The position numbers and the translations under genes were made by a program. Positions 46,601-55,185 of a stretch of DNA of 64,000 nucleotides are shown here, one piece after another (position 1 is the first letter of the stretch; every line of letters starts with the position of its first letter). A model generated the notes under the pieces. That model saw only the letters and a program-made list of their open reading frames with translations. It was not told the DNA's origin and made no database searches. The stretch is from a bacterium (GTDB taxonomy: Bacteria > Patescibacteriota > Minisyncoccia > UBA6257 > JAGOQP01), in assembly GCA_021780155.1 (NCBI GenBank), contig JAJXZH010000032.1, positions 8,889 through 72,888 of the forward strand, given 5' to 3'.

Positions 46601-46842
46601 GAGAAATGGAAGTCTGGGCTCTTGAAGGTTATGGATCCGCTTATACTTTGCAGGAAATGTTAACGATAAAATCGGACGATGTTTTGGGAAGAGCCGCCGC
46701 TTTTGAAGCTATTGTTAAAGGTGAAGAATTAAAAATGTCCACAAGCCCTTCGGCATTTAATGTTTTAACTAACGAAATAAACGCGCTTGGATTAAAGGTT
46801 GAGCCAATTAAAAAAGAAGATTTGCCCGACGAATCTTTGTAA
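43654..46842 (+). CDS. rpoB: DNA-directed RNA polymerase subunit beta
   Basis: 1062 aa with conserved blocks throughout (GDK.AGRHGNKGV, LGGQRFGEME). Confidence 0.95.
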   Translation: MSTKNIEVKKFSTHPGDFIKIPFMGEIQFNSWNWFLKKGIKELFKEISPIRDYTTKEYELYFEDYAFDEPKFSEEESWQRSSTFEASLRAKVRLVNLNTKREVVQEVYLGDYPMMTKRGTFTINGVERVVVSQFIRSSGVYFNARAIRGKKYFGAKIIPDRGSWMEFETEADGFIGVKIDKHRKVAVTDLLRVFGLEHNEDILKTFSDTDNGQIKYIQATLKKDAASDVSNSYVEIYKRLRPGDLASPENAKGLIDGMFKRSDRFSLSEVGRYKMNQRLSVSSKEKIDTQLIRLEDLILIVKEIIRLNNDDHAEPDDIDSLSNRRVRSVGELLQSRMRVGFARMRRIIQDRMSTLEVEQVTPLQLINPKPLSSVAREFLISSQLSQFMDQVNPLAELSHKRRLSALGPGGLTRERAGFEVRDVHESHYGRICPVETPEGQNIGLINHLSNFARVNDYGFLETPYAKVKNGKVTDEIVWMTAAEEKKHKIAEGGVALDNLKRIVNESVEARINGEPEVCSKEDVDFIDVSPTQVISGATNLIPFLEHDDGNRALMGANMQRQAVPSIRAEAPLVGTGIEEQIAKDSGRVIMAIEDGEVIESDARHIVVKNKNGSKNYYDVLKFRRSNQYTSINNKTIAKVGQKVKKGDVLADGPATENGVLALGQNLLVAFIPYFGGNYDDSIAISEIVARQDRFTSIYIEDFSCDVRDTKLGPEVTTSDIPNVSEDKLRNLDEEGVIRIGAEIRAGDILVGKISPKGETELTAEEKLLRSIFGEKARDVKDSSLYLPHGKSGRVIGIKVFSRERGDKLEPGIIKRIQVEVAQLRKIRAGDKLAGRHGNKGVISRIFPVEDMPYLADGTPVDIVLNPLGVASRMNLGQILETHLGMAAKKLNYRAVSEVFVGATEEEISAELKKAGYPENGKLAVYNGKTGKKFDQDATVGYIYMLKLNHLVEDKIHMRSIGPYSLVTQQPLGGKAQFGGQRFGEMEVWALEGYGSAYTLQEMLTIKSDDVLGRAAAFEAIVKGEELKMSTSPSAFNVLTNEINALGLKVEPIKKEDLPDESL

Positions 46843-46860
46843 AAATTAAATTAAAAAAAT

Positions 46861-49800
46861 ATGAGTTCAACAGAATTTGATTATTTAAGACTTAAGGTGC
46901 CTTCTCCCGAAGAAGTTTTGGCGCAATCCTATGGAGAAGTTACCAAACCGGAAACTATAAATTATAGGACTCAACGCCCCGAAAAAGACGGCCTGTTTTC
47001 CGAAAGAATTTTTGGACCGACAAAAGATTACAGGTGTTACTGCGGAAAATTTAAAGGCATTAGATATAAAGGAACGATCTGTGACAAATGCGGAGTGGAA
47101 GTTACCCGCGCCATAGTCAGAAGAGAAAGAATGGGACACATTAAATTGGCGGCCCCCGTTACTCATGTTTGGTTTTTGAAAACCGGTAATTCAAAAATCG
47201 GAATATTTTTTGATATTCCTTCCCACAAATTAGAAAAAGTCGTTTATTACGCCGCTTATATAATAACTTCGATTAACGAAGAAAAAAGAAAAGAAATTTT
47301 AGAGAATCTCGCCGATGAATTTAAAGAAAAGAAAAAAGGACTCAAAGAAAAAACTTCCGAACTAAAAGTCATAGAAGATTCATTTAATCATTCAAAAGAT
47401 TTTTTGTCTTCTATTAAATTGGGATATGTTTTGGGAGAATCCGACTATTTTGAATTTGCCAGAAAATTTGGAGATGTCTTTGAGGCCGGAAGTGGAGCAG
47501 AAGCGTTAAGAAAAATATTGGAAAAAATAAATTTGAAAAAAGAAATTGTGGAAACGGAAAAGCAATTGGAAGCAATTTCCAAAAAAAGAAACAGCATTCA
47601 TGAAAAGAAGATTTTACAGAAATTGAGAATTTTGCACTCTTTTTATAAAAATGACATCAGGCCGGAGTGGATGATAATGACTGTTTTGCCGGTTTTGCCT
47701 CCGGATTTAAGACCGATGGTTGCTCTGGATGGGGGGCGCTACGCCAGTTCCGATTTAAATGATCTTTATAGGAGAGTTATAAATCGCAATAATCGCCTTC
47801 AAAAATTGATGGAATTGAGAGCTCCGGAAATTATTATTACCAACGAAAAAAGAATGCTCCAGGAAGCGGTTGACGCTTTAATAGACAATACCGCTCGTTT
47901 GGGAAGACAACAACTTTCCAGTCAAAATAGACCGCTTAAATCGTTGGCTGATATTTTGAAAGGAAAGCAGGGTAGATTCAGACAGAATCTTTTGGGAAAA
48001 AGAGTGGATTATTCGGCGCGTTCGGTAATTGTTGTCGGTCCGGATTTAAAACTCAACGAATGCGGAATACCAAAGAAAATGGCCCTGGAACTTTTTAAGC
48101 CGTTTGTTATAAAAGAAATTTTAGAAAGAGGAATGGCTCATAACATAAAAAATGCCAATCGTTTAATAGAACAAGGAATTCCTGAAGTTTGGGAAATATT
48201 GGAAGAAGTTATTACCGACAAATCGGTTTTGTTAAATCGTGCTCCAACATTGCATAGATTGAGTGTTCAAGCGTTTAAGCCGGTTTTGATAGAGGATTTG
48301 GCGATCAGAGTTCCTCCAATGGCTTGTGCCGCTTTTAATGCCGACTTTGATGGAGACCAGATGGCTGTTCACTTGCCTCTTTCCAAAGAAGCGCAAAATG
48401 AGTCGTGGAACAGAATGCTTTCTTCTAAAAATATTATCAAGCCATCAAATGGGGAACCGAGCGCTACTCCTGCTCAAGATGTGGTTTTGGGGGTTTATTA
48501 TTTGACTAAAATTTTGGGAGACGTCAAAGACGAATCCAAAATGAAAATTTACAACGATAAAAACGAAGCATTAAAAGCGTTGGAATTTGGTTATATAAAA
48601 ATAAATGAATCAATAAAAGTTGGTTCCTTAAAATCGGAAATAACTTCCGCTGGGAGATTGATTTTTAATGAAATTCTTCCCAAAGAATTTGGATTTGTTA
48701 ATTCGGTAATGGATAAAAAGTTTTTGTCCAATTTAGTTTCAAAACATATCAGTATATTTGGTTCCGAAAACACTTGGGAGTTTTTGGACAGAATAAAAAA
48801 AGTAGGGCTTGAATATGCCGCTTTGTCAGGAATAACTTGGAGTATGTATGATCTGAAAATTCCAAAAGAAAAGAAAGAAATTGTTCAAAGGGCCTACAAA
48901 GATGTTGAAGAAATAAGAAAACAATATGAAAATGGACTTTTGGATTCTTTGGAAAAGAAAGTTAGAACGGTTAGAGTTTGGGAAAAAGTTAAAGATGAAA
49001 TAGCCAAGCTTGTTCCCGGAGCGCTTTCAGAGACCAATCCGATATTTTATATTATTGACTCAAAAGCCAAGGGGTCTTGGGAGCAGGCGGTTCAAACTAC
49101 GGGAATGAAGGGACTGGTGGCAAATCCTCAGGGGCAGACAATAGAACTGCCGGTCATTTCTTCTTATAAAGAAGGACTTTCAGTTTTGGAATTTTTCATC
49201 AATACCCACGGACTCAGAAAAGGATTGACCGATACCGCTTTAAAAACGGCTCAAGCCGGATACTTAACCAGAAGAATGGTTGATGTTTCTCAGGATATAA
49301 TAATTGACAGCAAAGATTGTAAAACCAAAGAAGGAAGAGAAATAGACAGAGAAAGCGGAGATAAATATGGATATGATTTTGCCCAAAGAATTTTTGGAAG
49401 AGTTTTGGCGCAAGATGTTAAAGAGGGAAATAAAATTATCGCTCAATCCGGAGAGGATGTAACCAAAGAACTTGCCGAAAAAATAGCCAAATCATCGGCT
49501 GATAAAGTGATTGTTCGCTCTCCGATAACTTGTAAATCTCTTCACGGCGTTTGCGCTAAATGTTACGGGCTTGATTTGGGACGATTGGAGGAAGTTAAAG
49601 AAGGGGAGGCAGTTGGAATTATTGCCGCGCAATCCATCGGAGAGCCGGGCACTCAGCTTACTTTAAGAACTTTCCATTTGGGAGGAGTTGCCGGTCAAGA
49701 TATAACCTTGGGACTTCCGAGAATTGAAGAAGTTTTTGAAGCCCGTCCTCCAAAAGGAAGAGCGGCTCTTGCCGAAGAAGATGGAATTGTCCAAGATATA

Positions 49801-50463
49801 GAAGAAACGATGTTTTTGAGAGTTATAAAAGTGAAAGCTCATGGCAAACAGTTGTCTAAATTAAAATCCAAATCAAAGGTAAAAGAATATTCCGCTCCGA
49901 GAAATGTGAGTTTATTTGTTAACATCGGAGATAAGGTTAAAAAAGGACAGCAATTATTTGAAGGAAATTTGGATATAAAAGAACTTTTCAAATTGAGAGG
50001 CGTGGAAGAAGCCCAAAAATATATCATAAACGAAGTTCAAAAAATATATATTTCCAACGGAAATGTTATTAATGACAAACACATCGAATTGATTGTCAGA
50101 CAGATGTTTGCCAGAGTATCAATTAAAGAATCCGGAGACACCGACCTTGTTCAAGGCCAAGTGGTTGAAAAGGGGAGATTTTTGGAAATAAACAGACGAA
50201 TAAAAACCGCGGGCAAAAATCCTGCCAAAGCAAAACAGCTTTTGATGGGAATAACCAGATCCGCTTTGTCGACTGATAGTTTTCTTTCCGCTGCTTCTTT
50301 CCAGGAAACTGCCAGAGTATTGGTTAATGCCGCTACTGAGGCAAAAGTGGATAGAATTAGGGGTTTGAAAGAGAATGTTATTATCGGAAAATTGATTCCT
50401 GCCGGAACCGGATATGTCAATAATCAAAAAATGAAAGATTCGGAAAAAAACGATGAAGAATGA
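46861..50463 (+). CDS. rpoC: DNA-directed RNA polymerase subunit beta'
   Basis: Zn-binding CYCGKFKGIRYKGTICDKCGVEV, catalytic NADFDGDQM, and trigger-loop/bridge-helix blocks. Confidence 0.95.
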   Translation: MSSTEFDYLRLKVPSPEEVLAQSYGEVTKPETINYRTQRPEKDGLFSERIFGPTKDYRCYCGKFKGIRYKGTICDKCGVEVTRAIVRRERMGHIKLAAPVTHVWFLKTGNSKIGIFFDIPSHKLEKVVYYAAYIITSINEEKRKEILENLADEFKEKKKGLKEKTSELKVIEDSFNHSKDFLSSIKLGYVLGESDYFEFARKFGDVFEAGSGAEALRKILEKINLKKEIVETEKQLEAISKKRNSIHEKKILQKLRILHSFYKNDIRPEWMIMTVLPVLPPDLRPMVALDGGRYASSDLNDLYRRVINRNNRLQKLMELRAPEIIITNEKRMLQEAVDALIDNTARLGRQQLSSQNRPLKSLADILKGKQGRFRQNLLGKRVDYSARSVIVVGPDLKLNECGIPKKMALELFKPFVIKEILERGMAHNIKNANRLIEQGIPEVWEILEEVITDKSVLLNRAPTLHRLSVQAFKPVLIEDLAIRVPPMACAAFNADFDGDQMAVHLPLSKEAQNESWNRMLSSKNIIKPSNGEPSATPAQDVVLGVYYLTKILGDVKDESKMKIYNDKNEALKALEFGYIKINESIKVGSLKSEITSAGRLIFNEILPKEFGFVNSVMDKKFLSNLVSKHISIFGSENTWEFLDRIKKVGLEYAALSGITWSMYDLKIPKEKKEIVQRAYKDVEEIRKQYENGLLDSLEKKVRTVRVWEKVKDEIAKLVPGALSETNPIFYIIDSKAKGSWEQAVQTTGMKGLVANPQGQTIELPVISSYKEGLSVLEFFINTHGLRKGLTDTALKTAQAGYLTRRMVDVSQDIIIDSKDCKTKEGREIDRESGDKYGYDFAQRIFGRVLAQDVKEGNKIIAQSGEDVTKELAEKIAKSSADKVIVRSPITCKSLHGVCAKCYGLDLGRLEEVKEGEAVGIIAAQSIGEPGTQLTLRTFHLGGVAGQDITLGLPRIEEVFEARPPKGRAALAEEDGIVQDIEETMFLRVIKVKAHGKQLSKLKSKSKVKEYSAPRNVSLFVNIGDKVKKGQQLFEGNLDIKELFKLRGVEEAQKYIINEVQKIYISNGNVINDKHIELIVRQMFARVSIKESGDTDLVQGQVVEKGRFLEINRRIKTAGKNPAKAKQLLMGITRSALSTDSFLSAASFQETARVLVNAATEAKVDRIRGLKENVIIGKLIPAGTGYVNNQKMKDSEKNDEE

Positions 50464-50529
50464 TAAATTCATTATTTAACTTGCAAATCCGATAAAATTC
50501 GTGCTATTGTATAAAAAATTTAAAACACA

Positions 50530-50943
50530 ATGAAAGAAGAAAAAAATAAAAAAGAATATGAATTGTCTTTTTGGCTCAAAGAGGGGGCTCCTTTGAACAA
50601 GATTGAATTGATGTTAAATAACATGGGAGCTCAAATAACGCACAATTCTGAAATAAAGAAAAACCGTCTTTCTTATCCGATAAAAAAGGAAGTTGAAGGT
50701 TATTTTGGATTTGTTCATTTTAACGGAGACGAGCAAGACATTAATGCCATAAATCATGAATTAAAAGTAGATCCGGAAGTTTTGAGATTTTTAATTTCAA
50801 AAAATCCGATAAAGAAATCGGAACCGAGGGAATCAAGAAGACAAGCTCCGGAAGAAAAATTTTCCCAAAAGGTTGAAGAAAAGTCCTCAGACCTTGTTAC
50901 CAATGAAGAATTAGAAAAAAAATTGGAAGAAATATTAAAATAA
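50530..50943 (+). CDS. rpsF: 30S ribosomal protein S6
   Basis: S6 fold pattern; sits in the conserved rpsF-ssb-rpsR arrangement; acidic C-terminal tail. Confidence 0.7.
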   Translation: MKEEKNKKEYELSFWLKEGAPLNKIELMLNNMGAQITHNSEIKKNRLSYPIKKEVEGYFGFVHFNGDEQDINAINHELKVDPEVLRFLISKNPIKKSEPRESRRQAPEEKFSQKVEEKSSDLVTNEELEKKLEEILK

Positions 50944-50988
50944 AAAGTCGGGTAAGTATTTAATTTTTGTTTTTATTTAATTTATTTT

Positions 50989-51459
50989 ATGAACCTGAAT
51001 AAAGTATTCATCATTGGGAGAATAACAAATGATATTGTTTTAAAAGCGACCAGCACCAATCAGGCGGTAACCAGTTTTAATGTGGCGACCAACAGAGTTT
51101 GGACTGATAAGTCGGGGCAAAAACAAGAAGAGGCGGAATTTCATACCGTAGTCGTTTGGGGGAGACAAGCGGAATTGGCGAGTCAATTTCTCTCAAAAGG
51201 AAGCCTGGTGTTGATTGAGGGAAGATTAAAAACAAGAAGCTGGAAAGATGCCAACAATCAAAATCATAAAGTAACCGAGATAATTTGCGAAAGAATGCAG
51301 TTCGGCCCAAAATCACAAAATTCCGGGTTTAAATCTTCTCAACCGCCACAATCTTACGGAAAATCAAAAAGTGAGCCGACCGCAGAAGAGGATATTCCTC
51401 AGATTTCAATGGACGAATCTTTAGAAGATGAAATAAAACCCGAAGATCTTCCGTTTTAA
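50989..51459 (+). CDS. ssb: Single-stranded DNA-binding protein
   Basis: OB-fold N-terminus NKVFIIGRITNDIVLKAT and acidic C-terminal tip ...EDLPF. Confidence 0.85.
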   Translation: MNLNKVFIIGRITNDIVLKATSTNQAVTSFNVATNRVWTDKSGQKQEEAEFHTVVVWGRQAELASQFLSKGSLVLIEGRLKTRSWKDANNQNHKVTEIICERMQFGPKSQNSGFKSSQPPQSYGKSKSEPTAEEDIPQISMDESLEDEIKPEDLPF

Positions 51460-51483
51460 AATTAATTTTTTTAAAAATATTTT

Positions 51484-51684
51484 ATGAAACAATGTTATTT
51501 TTGTTCGCAAAACTTAAAAGATGTTGACTTCAAGGACAGCGCTTTGTTGAGGCGTTTTATTTCTTCTCAAGGAAAAATTATTGACCCTCAACATACCAAT
51601 ACTTGCGCCAAACACCAAAGAAAATTAGCTAAAGCCATAAAACGTGCCAGAAATATGGGGATAGTTTCAGCCGTTAGAAAATAG
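51484..51684 (+). CDS. rpsR: 30S ribosomal protein S18
   Basis: CYFC...IDPQHTN...ARNMGI S18 signature. Confidence 0.85.
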   Translation: MKQCYFCSQNLKDVDFKDSALLRRFISSQGKIIDPQHTNTCAKHQRKLAKAIKRARNMGIVSAVRK

Positions 51685-51727
51685 ACGCTGTTTGGTGGTT
51701 TTTTATTTTTTAAATTAAATATTTTTT

Positions 51728-52312
51728 ATGTTTTCGCTCGATATCTCTCTTTTTTATTTTTTATTTAATCTTGGTCAGAGTTTAAAAATAAATTGGCTTT
51801 TTATTTTTTTTGCTTCTTATTTGCCGTATTTTATAGGATTTGCTTTTTTATACCTGATTTACAAAACTAAAGGTGTCAAGGAAAAATTTTATTATTTTAG
51901 TTTTGCCGCTTTAACCTCTATTTTAAGCCTTGGAGTTATTACTCAGACCATAAGATTTTTTTTCCATCATCTTCGTCCGTTTATCGCCTTGAATTTAACC
52001 CCAATGATTATTGATAATTCGTGGTCCTTTCCTTCCGGGCATTCGGCTTTCTTTTTTGCCGTAGCTTTTTGCACCTTTTTGATTAGCAAAAAATGGGGAT
52101 GGATTTTAACCGGTTCCACAATTATTGTTGTTGTCTCAAGAATTATTGTTGGCGTTCATTGGCCTTCCGATATTTTGGGTGGGGCAATTGTTGCTTATAT
52201 TTCTTTTGCTGTTTTTTATTATTGGCTTTTGCCACCTCAAAAAATTATTTTTTCTTCCGAAAATAAAGAGAAGGACAATTCAAAAGACCCGGCTTTAATC
52301 CAAGAAAAATAA
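51728..52312 (+). CDS. PAP2 family phosphatase
   Basis: PSGHS...SRIIVGVHWPSD phosphatase motifs in a membrane protein. Confidence 0.65.
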   Translation: MFSLDISLFYFLFNLGQSLKINWLFIFFASYLPYFIGFAFLYLIYKTKGVKEKFYYFSFAALTSILSLGVITQTIRFFFHHLRPFIALNLTPMIIDNSWSFPSGHSAFFFAVAFCTFLISKKWGWILTGSTIIVVVSRIIVGVHWPSDILGGAIVAYISFAVFYYWLLPPQKIIFSSENKEKDNSKDPALIQEK

Positions 52313-52340
52313 AACATCTTATACAAGATGTTTTATTTTT
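52311..52340. terminator. Bidirectional terminator
   Basis: Stem aacatctt / loop atac / aagatgtt, followed by a T-run. Confidence 0.55.
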
Positions 52341-52382
52341 GAAATGTAAAATAAGACCAATTAATTAGCAAAAAATAAATTT

Positions 52383-52937
52383 TTATTCTTTTTTGTTACA
52401 AACCTCAATTGCTTTTCGGATAATAACCCTGTCTTTTTCTTTTTCCTCTTCAGAAAGTTCGGCATAAGGCTTGTTTTGTTCTGCTGGAGCCCAACTTCCA
52501 TTTCTCTCCAACCATTTGTCATGAAGCGTAGAGCTGGCGGTTTCGATAAATGATTCGTCGAGTGGTGTACCGGCCTCAATGGCTTTTTCAACTTCAGTTA
52601 CTGCAATTTCAGCAGAAATTTTATTTTCTCCCTGCCATTCGCTTGGCAAACCCTCATAAGGAGTGTTGGCTATGTCAACCTCTACTGCTCCACCATGAAC
52701 TTGTGACCATGCTTCATCTTTTGTCTTTTTTATTCTCGGTTCATAATCTTTTGACTCTTCTCTCCAGCGAGGCTTGCGCCACTCTTCGTGAAGTTGGCTA
52801 CCGAGGATAGCAATTCTTTCAGCTGTTTTGTTAATTTTTTCCTCCCTTTGTTTGCTTGCCTCTCTTTGTTCATCGGTCATCATCTCTTCGGCTTTTGCCA
52901 ATTCTTCCGATGACGGATTGTATTTTTCCATGGACAT
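52383..52937 (-). CDS. Highly charged (Glu/Lys/Trp-rich) hypothetical protein
   Basis: ORF of 184 aa; no recognised domain. Confidence 0.45.
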   Translation of the reverse strand: MSMEKYNPSSEELAKAEEMMTDEQREASKQREEKINKTAERIAILGSQLHEEWRKPRWREESKDYEPRIKKTKDEAWSQVHGGAVEVDIANTPYEGLPSEWQGENKISAEIAVTEVEKAIEAGTPLDESFIETASSTLHDKWLERNGSWAPAEQNKPYAELSEEEKEKDRVIIRKAIEVCNKKE

Positions 52938-53056
52938 ATTTTTTCTTTCTTAATAATTAACTTGTCAATTTTTATAGAAAGTTGACTAGACTTTATATAA
53001 ATTTATTTGTGCCGTTGATTTATTTTTTTCTCCAAAACTATTTAATTTTTCTTACA

Positions 53057-53143
53057 TGGTGCCCGGGGAGAGACTCGAACTCTCAAGACCTTGCGATCAC
53101 AGGATTTTGAGTCCTGCGTGTCTACCAGTTCCACCACCCGGGC
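53057..53143 (-). tRNA. tRNA-Leu(CAA)
   Basis: 87 nt. Anticodon loop CTCAAAA, long variable arm, T-loop TTCGAGT, discriminator A, encoded CCA. Confidence 0.85.
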
Positions 53144-53240
53144 ATATTTAAATAACCTATTATTTTTTTATTATTAACAATGAACGGAATCAAGACGAGC
53201 GGAAGTTCTGATTAATTGTTTATCATTGCCTTTGATTTTT

Positions 53241-53269
53241 TTGATAATACATTGTTTTTTCGGTATAAT
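53241..53269 (+). promoter_or_regulatory. Sigma70-like promoter for parA: -35 TTGATA, 17-nt spacer, -10 TATAAT
   Basis: Canonical hexamers and spacing, about 45 nt upstream of the parA ATG. Confidence 0.5.
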
Positions 53270-53312
53270 CAACCCGTATTGTTATTTTATATTGATTTTT
53301 TTACAAAAATAT

Positions 53313-54125
53313 ATGACTCGTGTTATTGCTGTTTGCAATCAAAAAGGAGGAGTGGGGAAAACAACGACCTCAATAAATCTTGGAGGATATTTGGCGGCTC
53401 TGGGAAAAAAAGTTTTGATTATTGATTTTGACCCGCAAGGAAATGCTTCTTCAGGACTTGGATTTCCACCTAGATTTTTGAAAGAAAGCGTTTACCATGC
53501 TTTATTTGGATATGCTCACCACGAATCGGTTATTAAACAATCTTCTTTGATAAATTTGCGCGTTATGCCATCAAGTCCCGATTTGGCCGGAGCATTAGTG
53601 GAATTGGTTGATGTCCCGGAAAGAGAATTTGTTTTAAAAAAATTAATTAATCGACTGCGTCATGATTATCAATATATATTAATAGATCTTCCGCCGAGTT
53701 TGAGTTTGCTGACCGTTAATGGATTGGTTGCTTCCGACGAAGTCCTGGTTCCGATTCAAGCCGAATATTACAGCTTGGAGGGTTTAGGACAGCTTTTGGA
53801 AACGATAGAGATGATAAATATAAATCTAATGACCAACATAAAAATAACCGGAGCGATTATTACCATGTTCAATAAAAGAGAAACATTAAGCCGGGAAGTG
53901 GCTCGTGATGTTAGACGTCATTTTCCGCATCATGTTTTTCAAGTAGAAATACCGCGCTCAATTTCTCTGGCTGAAAGTCCGAGCTTTTCAAAGCCGGTTA
54001 TTCTCTATGATCCGTCTTCTCCGGGCGCCAGGGCTTATGAGGCGTTAGCGAGAGAGATTATTGCTCAGGAAAAAGACGATTATAATTTGATGTTGAATAG
54101 AGGATTTGGAAGCGTTATTATGTGA
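53313..54125 (+). CDS. parA: Chromosome partitioning ATPase ParA/Soj
   Basis: Deviant Walker A KGGVGKTT; ATG at 53313 is in frame with the track ORF. Confidence 0.85.
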   Translation: MTRVIAVCNQKGGVGKTTTSINLGGYLAALGKKVLIIDFDPQGNASSGLGFPPRFLKESVYHALFGYAHHESVIKQSSLINLRVMPSSPDLAGALVELVDVPEREFVLKKLINRLRHDYQYILIDLPPSLSLLTVNGLVASDEVLVPIQAEYYSLEGLGQLLETIEMININLMTNIKITGAIITMFNKRETLSREVARDVRRHFPHHVFQVEIPRSISLAESPSFSKPVILYDPSSPGARAYEALAREIIAQEKDDYNLMLNRGFGSVIM

Positions 54126-54167
54126 ATGTTGAATATTTGTTTAATTTATAAATCTATTTTTTAATTT

Positions 54168-55172
54168 ATGTTAGGGAAAGGGCTGGAATCTTTAATCCCC
54201 AAAAAAAATATGTCTTCGGGTCAATCTTCCGGAGATAATTTTCAAGGAAGTAATTTTATAACCGATGATAAAAAAAATTCATCGGATTTAAATTTTGAAC
54301 ATAGCCAATCTATTCAGGAAAAATCAAATAATTTAACCACTGATGAACCAAAAATATTGGGTCCGATTTTTCATATTGAAGTTGAAAAAATAATTTTAAA
54401 TCCTTATCAACCGAGAAAAGAATTTGACCAGGAGGCGTTAAGGGAGCTTTCTATTTCAATCAGAGAATTTGGGATACTTCAGCCGTTAGTGGTATCAAAA
54501 ATTGAAGAAGAAACAGAACAGGGGACAAAAGTTTCTTATCAACTCATTGCCGGACAAAGACGTCTTATGGCATCAAAGATAGCCGGACTAAAAACTGTTC
54601 CTGTAGTTATCAGAAATGCTCTCAAAAAAGCCGAGGCCTTAGAGATGGCAATAGTGGAAAATATTCAGCGCGCCGATTTGAATACTATAGAAACCGCTCG
54701 CGCGTATTCGCGATTGTCGGATGAGTTTGGTTTGACTCAAAGAGAAATTGCCGCTCGTCTGGGAAAAAGCAGAGAGGTAATTGCCAATGCTTTACGTCTT
54801 CTTTCTTTGCCGACCGAGATCCAAGAGGCGATTTCAAAAGGAAAAATAAACGAAAGTCATGCTCGACTTTTGCTTCAGATAGAAGAACCCGATAAGCAAA
54901 TGGAAATTTTTAATAAAATTATCAATGAAAATTTGGGAGTTCGCGATATTCGTCTTCATCTTAAACACGATAGAGAGGCGGGTCCACGGGAAAAATCGAT
55001 AACGGCCGATGATTTGGAATTAAAACGCCTCGAAAAAGATCTGTCCGAATTTTTGGGCGCTCCGGTCAATGTTGAATTTTCAAGAGCGGGAGGCAAAATT
55101 GTTATTCATTTTTATTCCCCAGAAGAAGCCAGAGGAATAGCCAATAAAATAAAGCCGGAAGATTTGATGTAA
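54168..55172 (+). CDS. parB: Chromosome partitioning protein ParB/Spo0J
   Basis: ParB box IAGQRRLMAS, HTH region, N-terminal GKGLESLIP. Confidence 0.85.
   Translation: MLGKGLESLIPKKNMSSGQSSGDNFQGSNFITDDKKNSSDLNFEHSQSIQEKSNNLTTDEPKILGPIFHIEVEKIILNPYQPRKEFDQEALRELSISIREFGILQPLVVSKIEEETEQGTKVSYQLIAGQRRLMASKIAGLKTVPVVIRNALKKAEALEMAIVENIQRADLNTIETARAYSRLSDEFGLTQREIAARLGKSREVIANALRLLSLPTEIQEAISKGKINESHARLLLQIEEPDKQMEIFNKIINENLGVRDIRLHLKHDREAGPREKSITADDLELKRLEKDLSEFLGAPVNVEFSRAGGKIVIHFYSPEEARGIANKIKPEDLM
55111..55163 (+). repeat. 53-bp direct repeat, copy 1 (covers the last 15 codons of parB)
   Basis: Identical to 57047-57099. Confidence 0.9.
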
Positions 55173-55185
55173 ATTCAATATAAAA

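Noticed and set aside
8223-50472. Numerous 60-120-aa ORFs antisense to or overlapping large genes (rpoB, rpoC, the Clp-family ATPase, ligA, etc.)
   Set aside because: Fully embedded in well-supported conserved genes on the opposite strand or in an alternate frame; there is no independent coding evidence.
53154-54200. Search for parS (tGTTtCAcGTGAAAcA) near parAB
   Set aside because: No match found by eye within the window; parS may lie elsewhere or be divergent.
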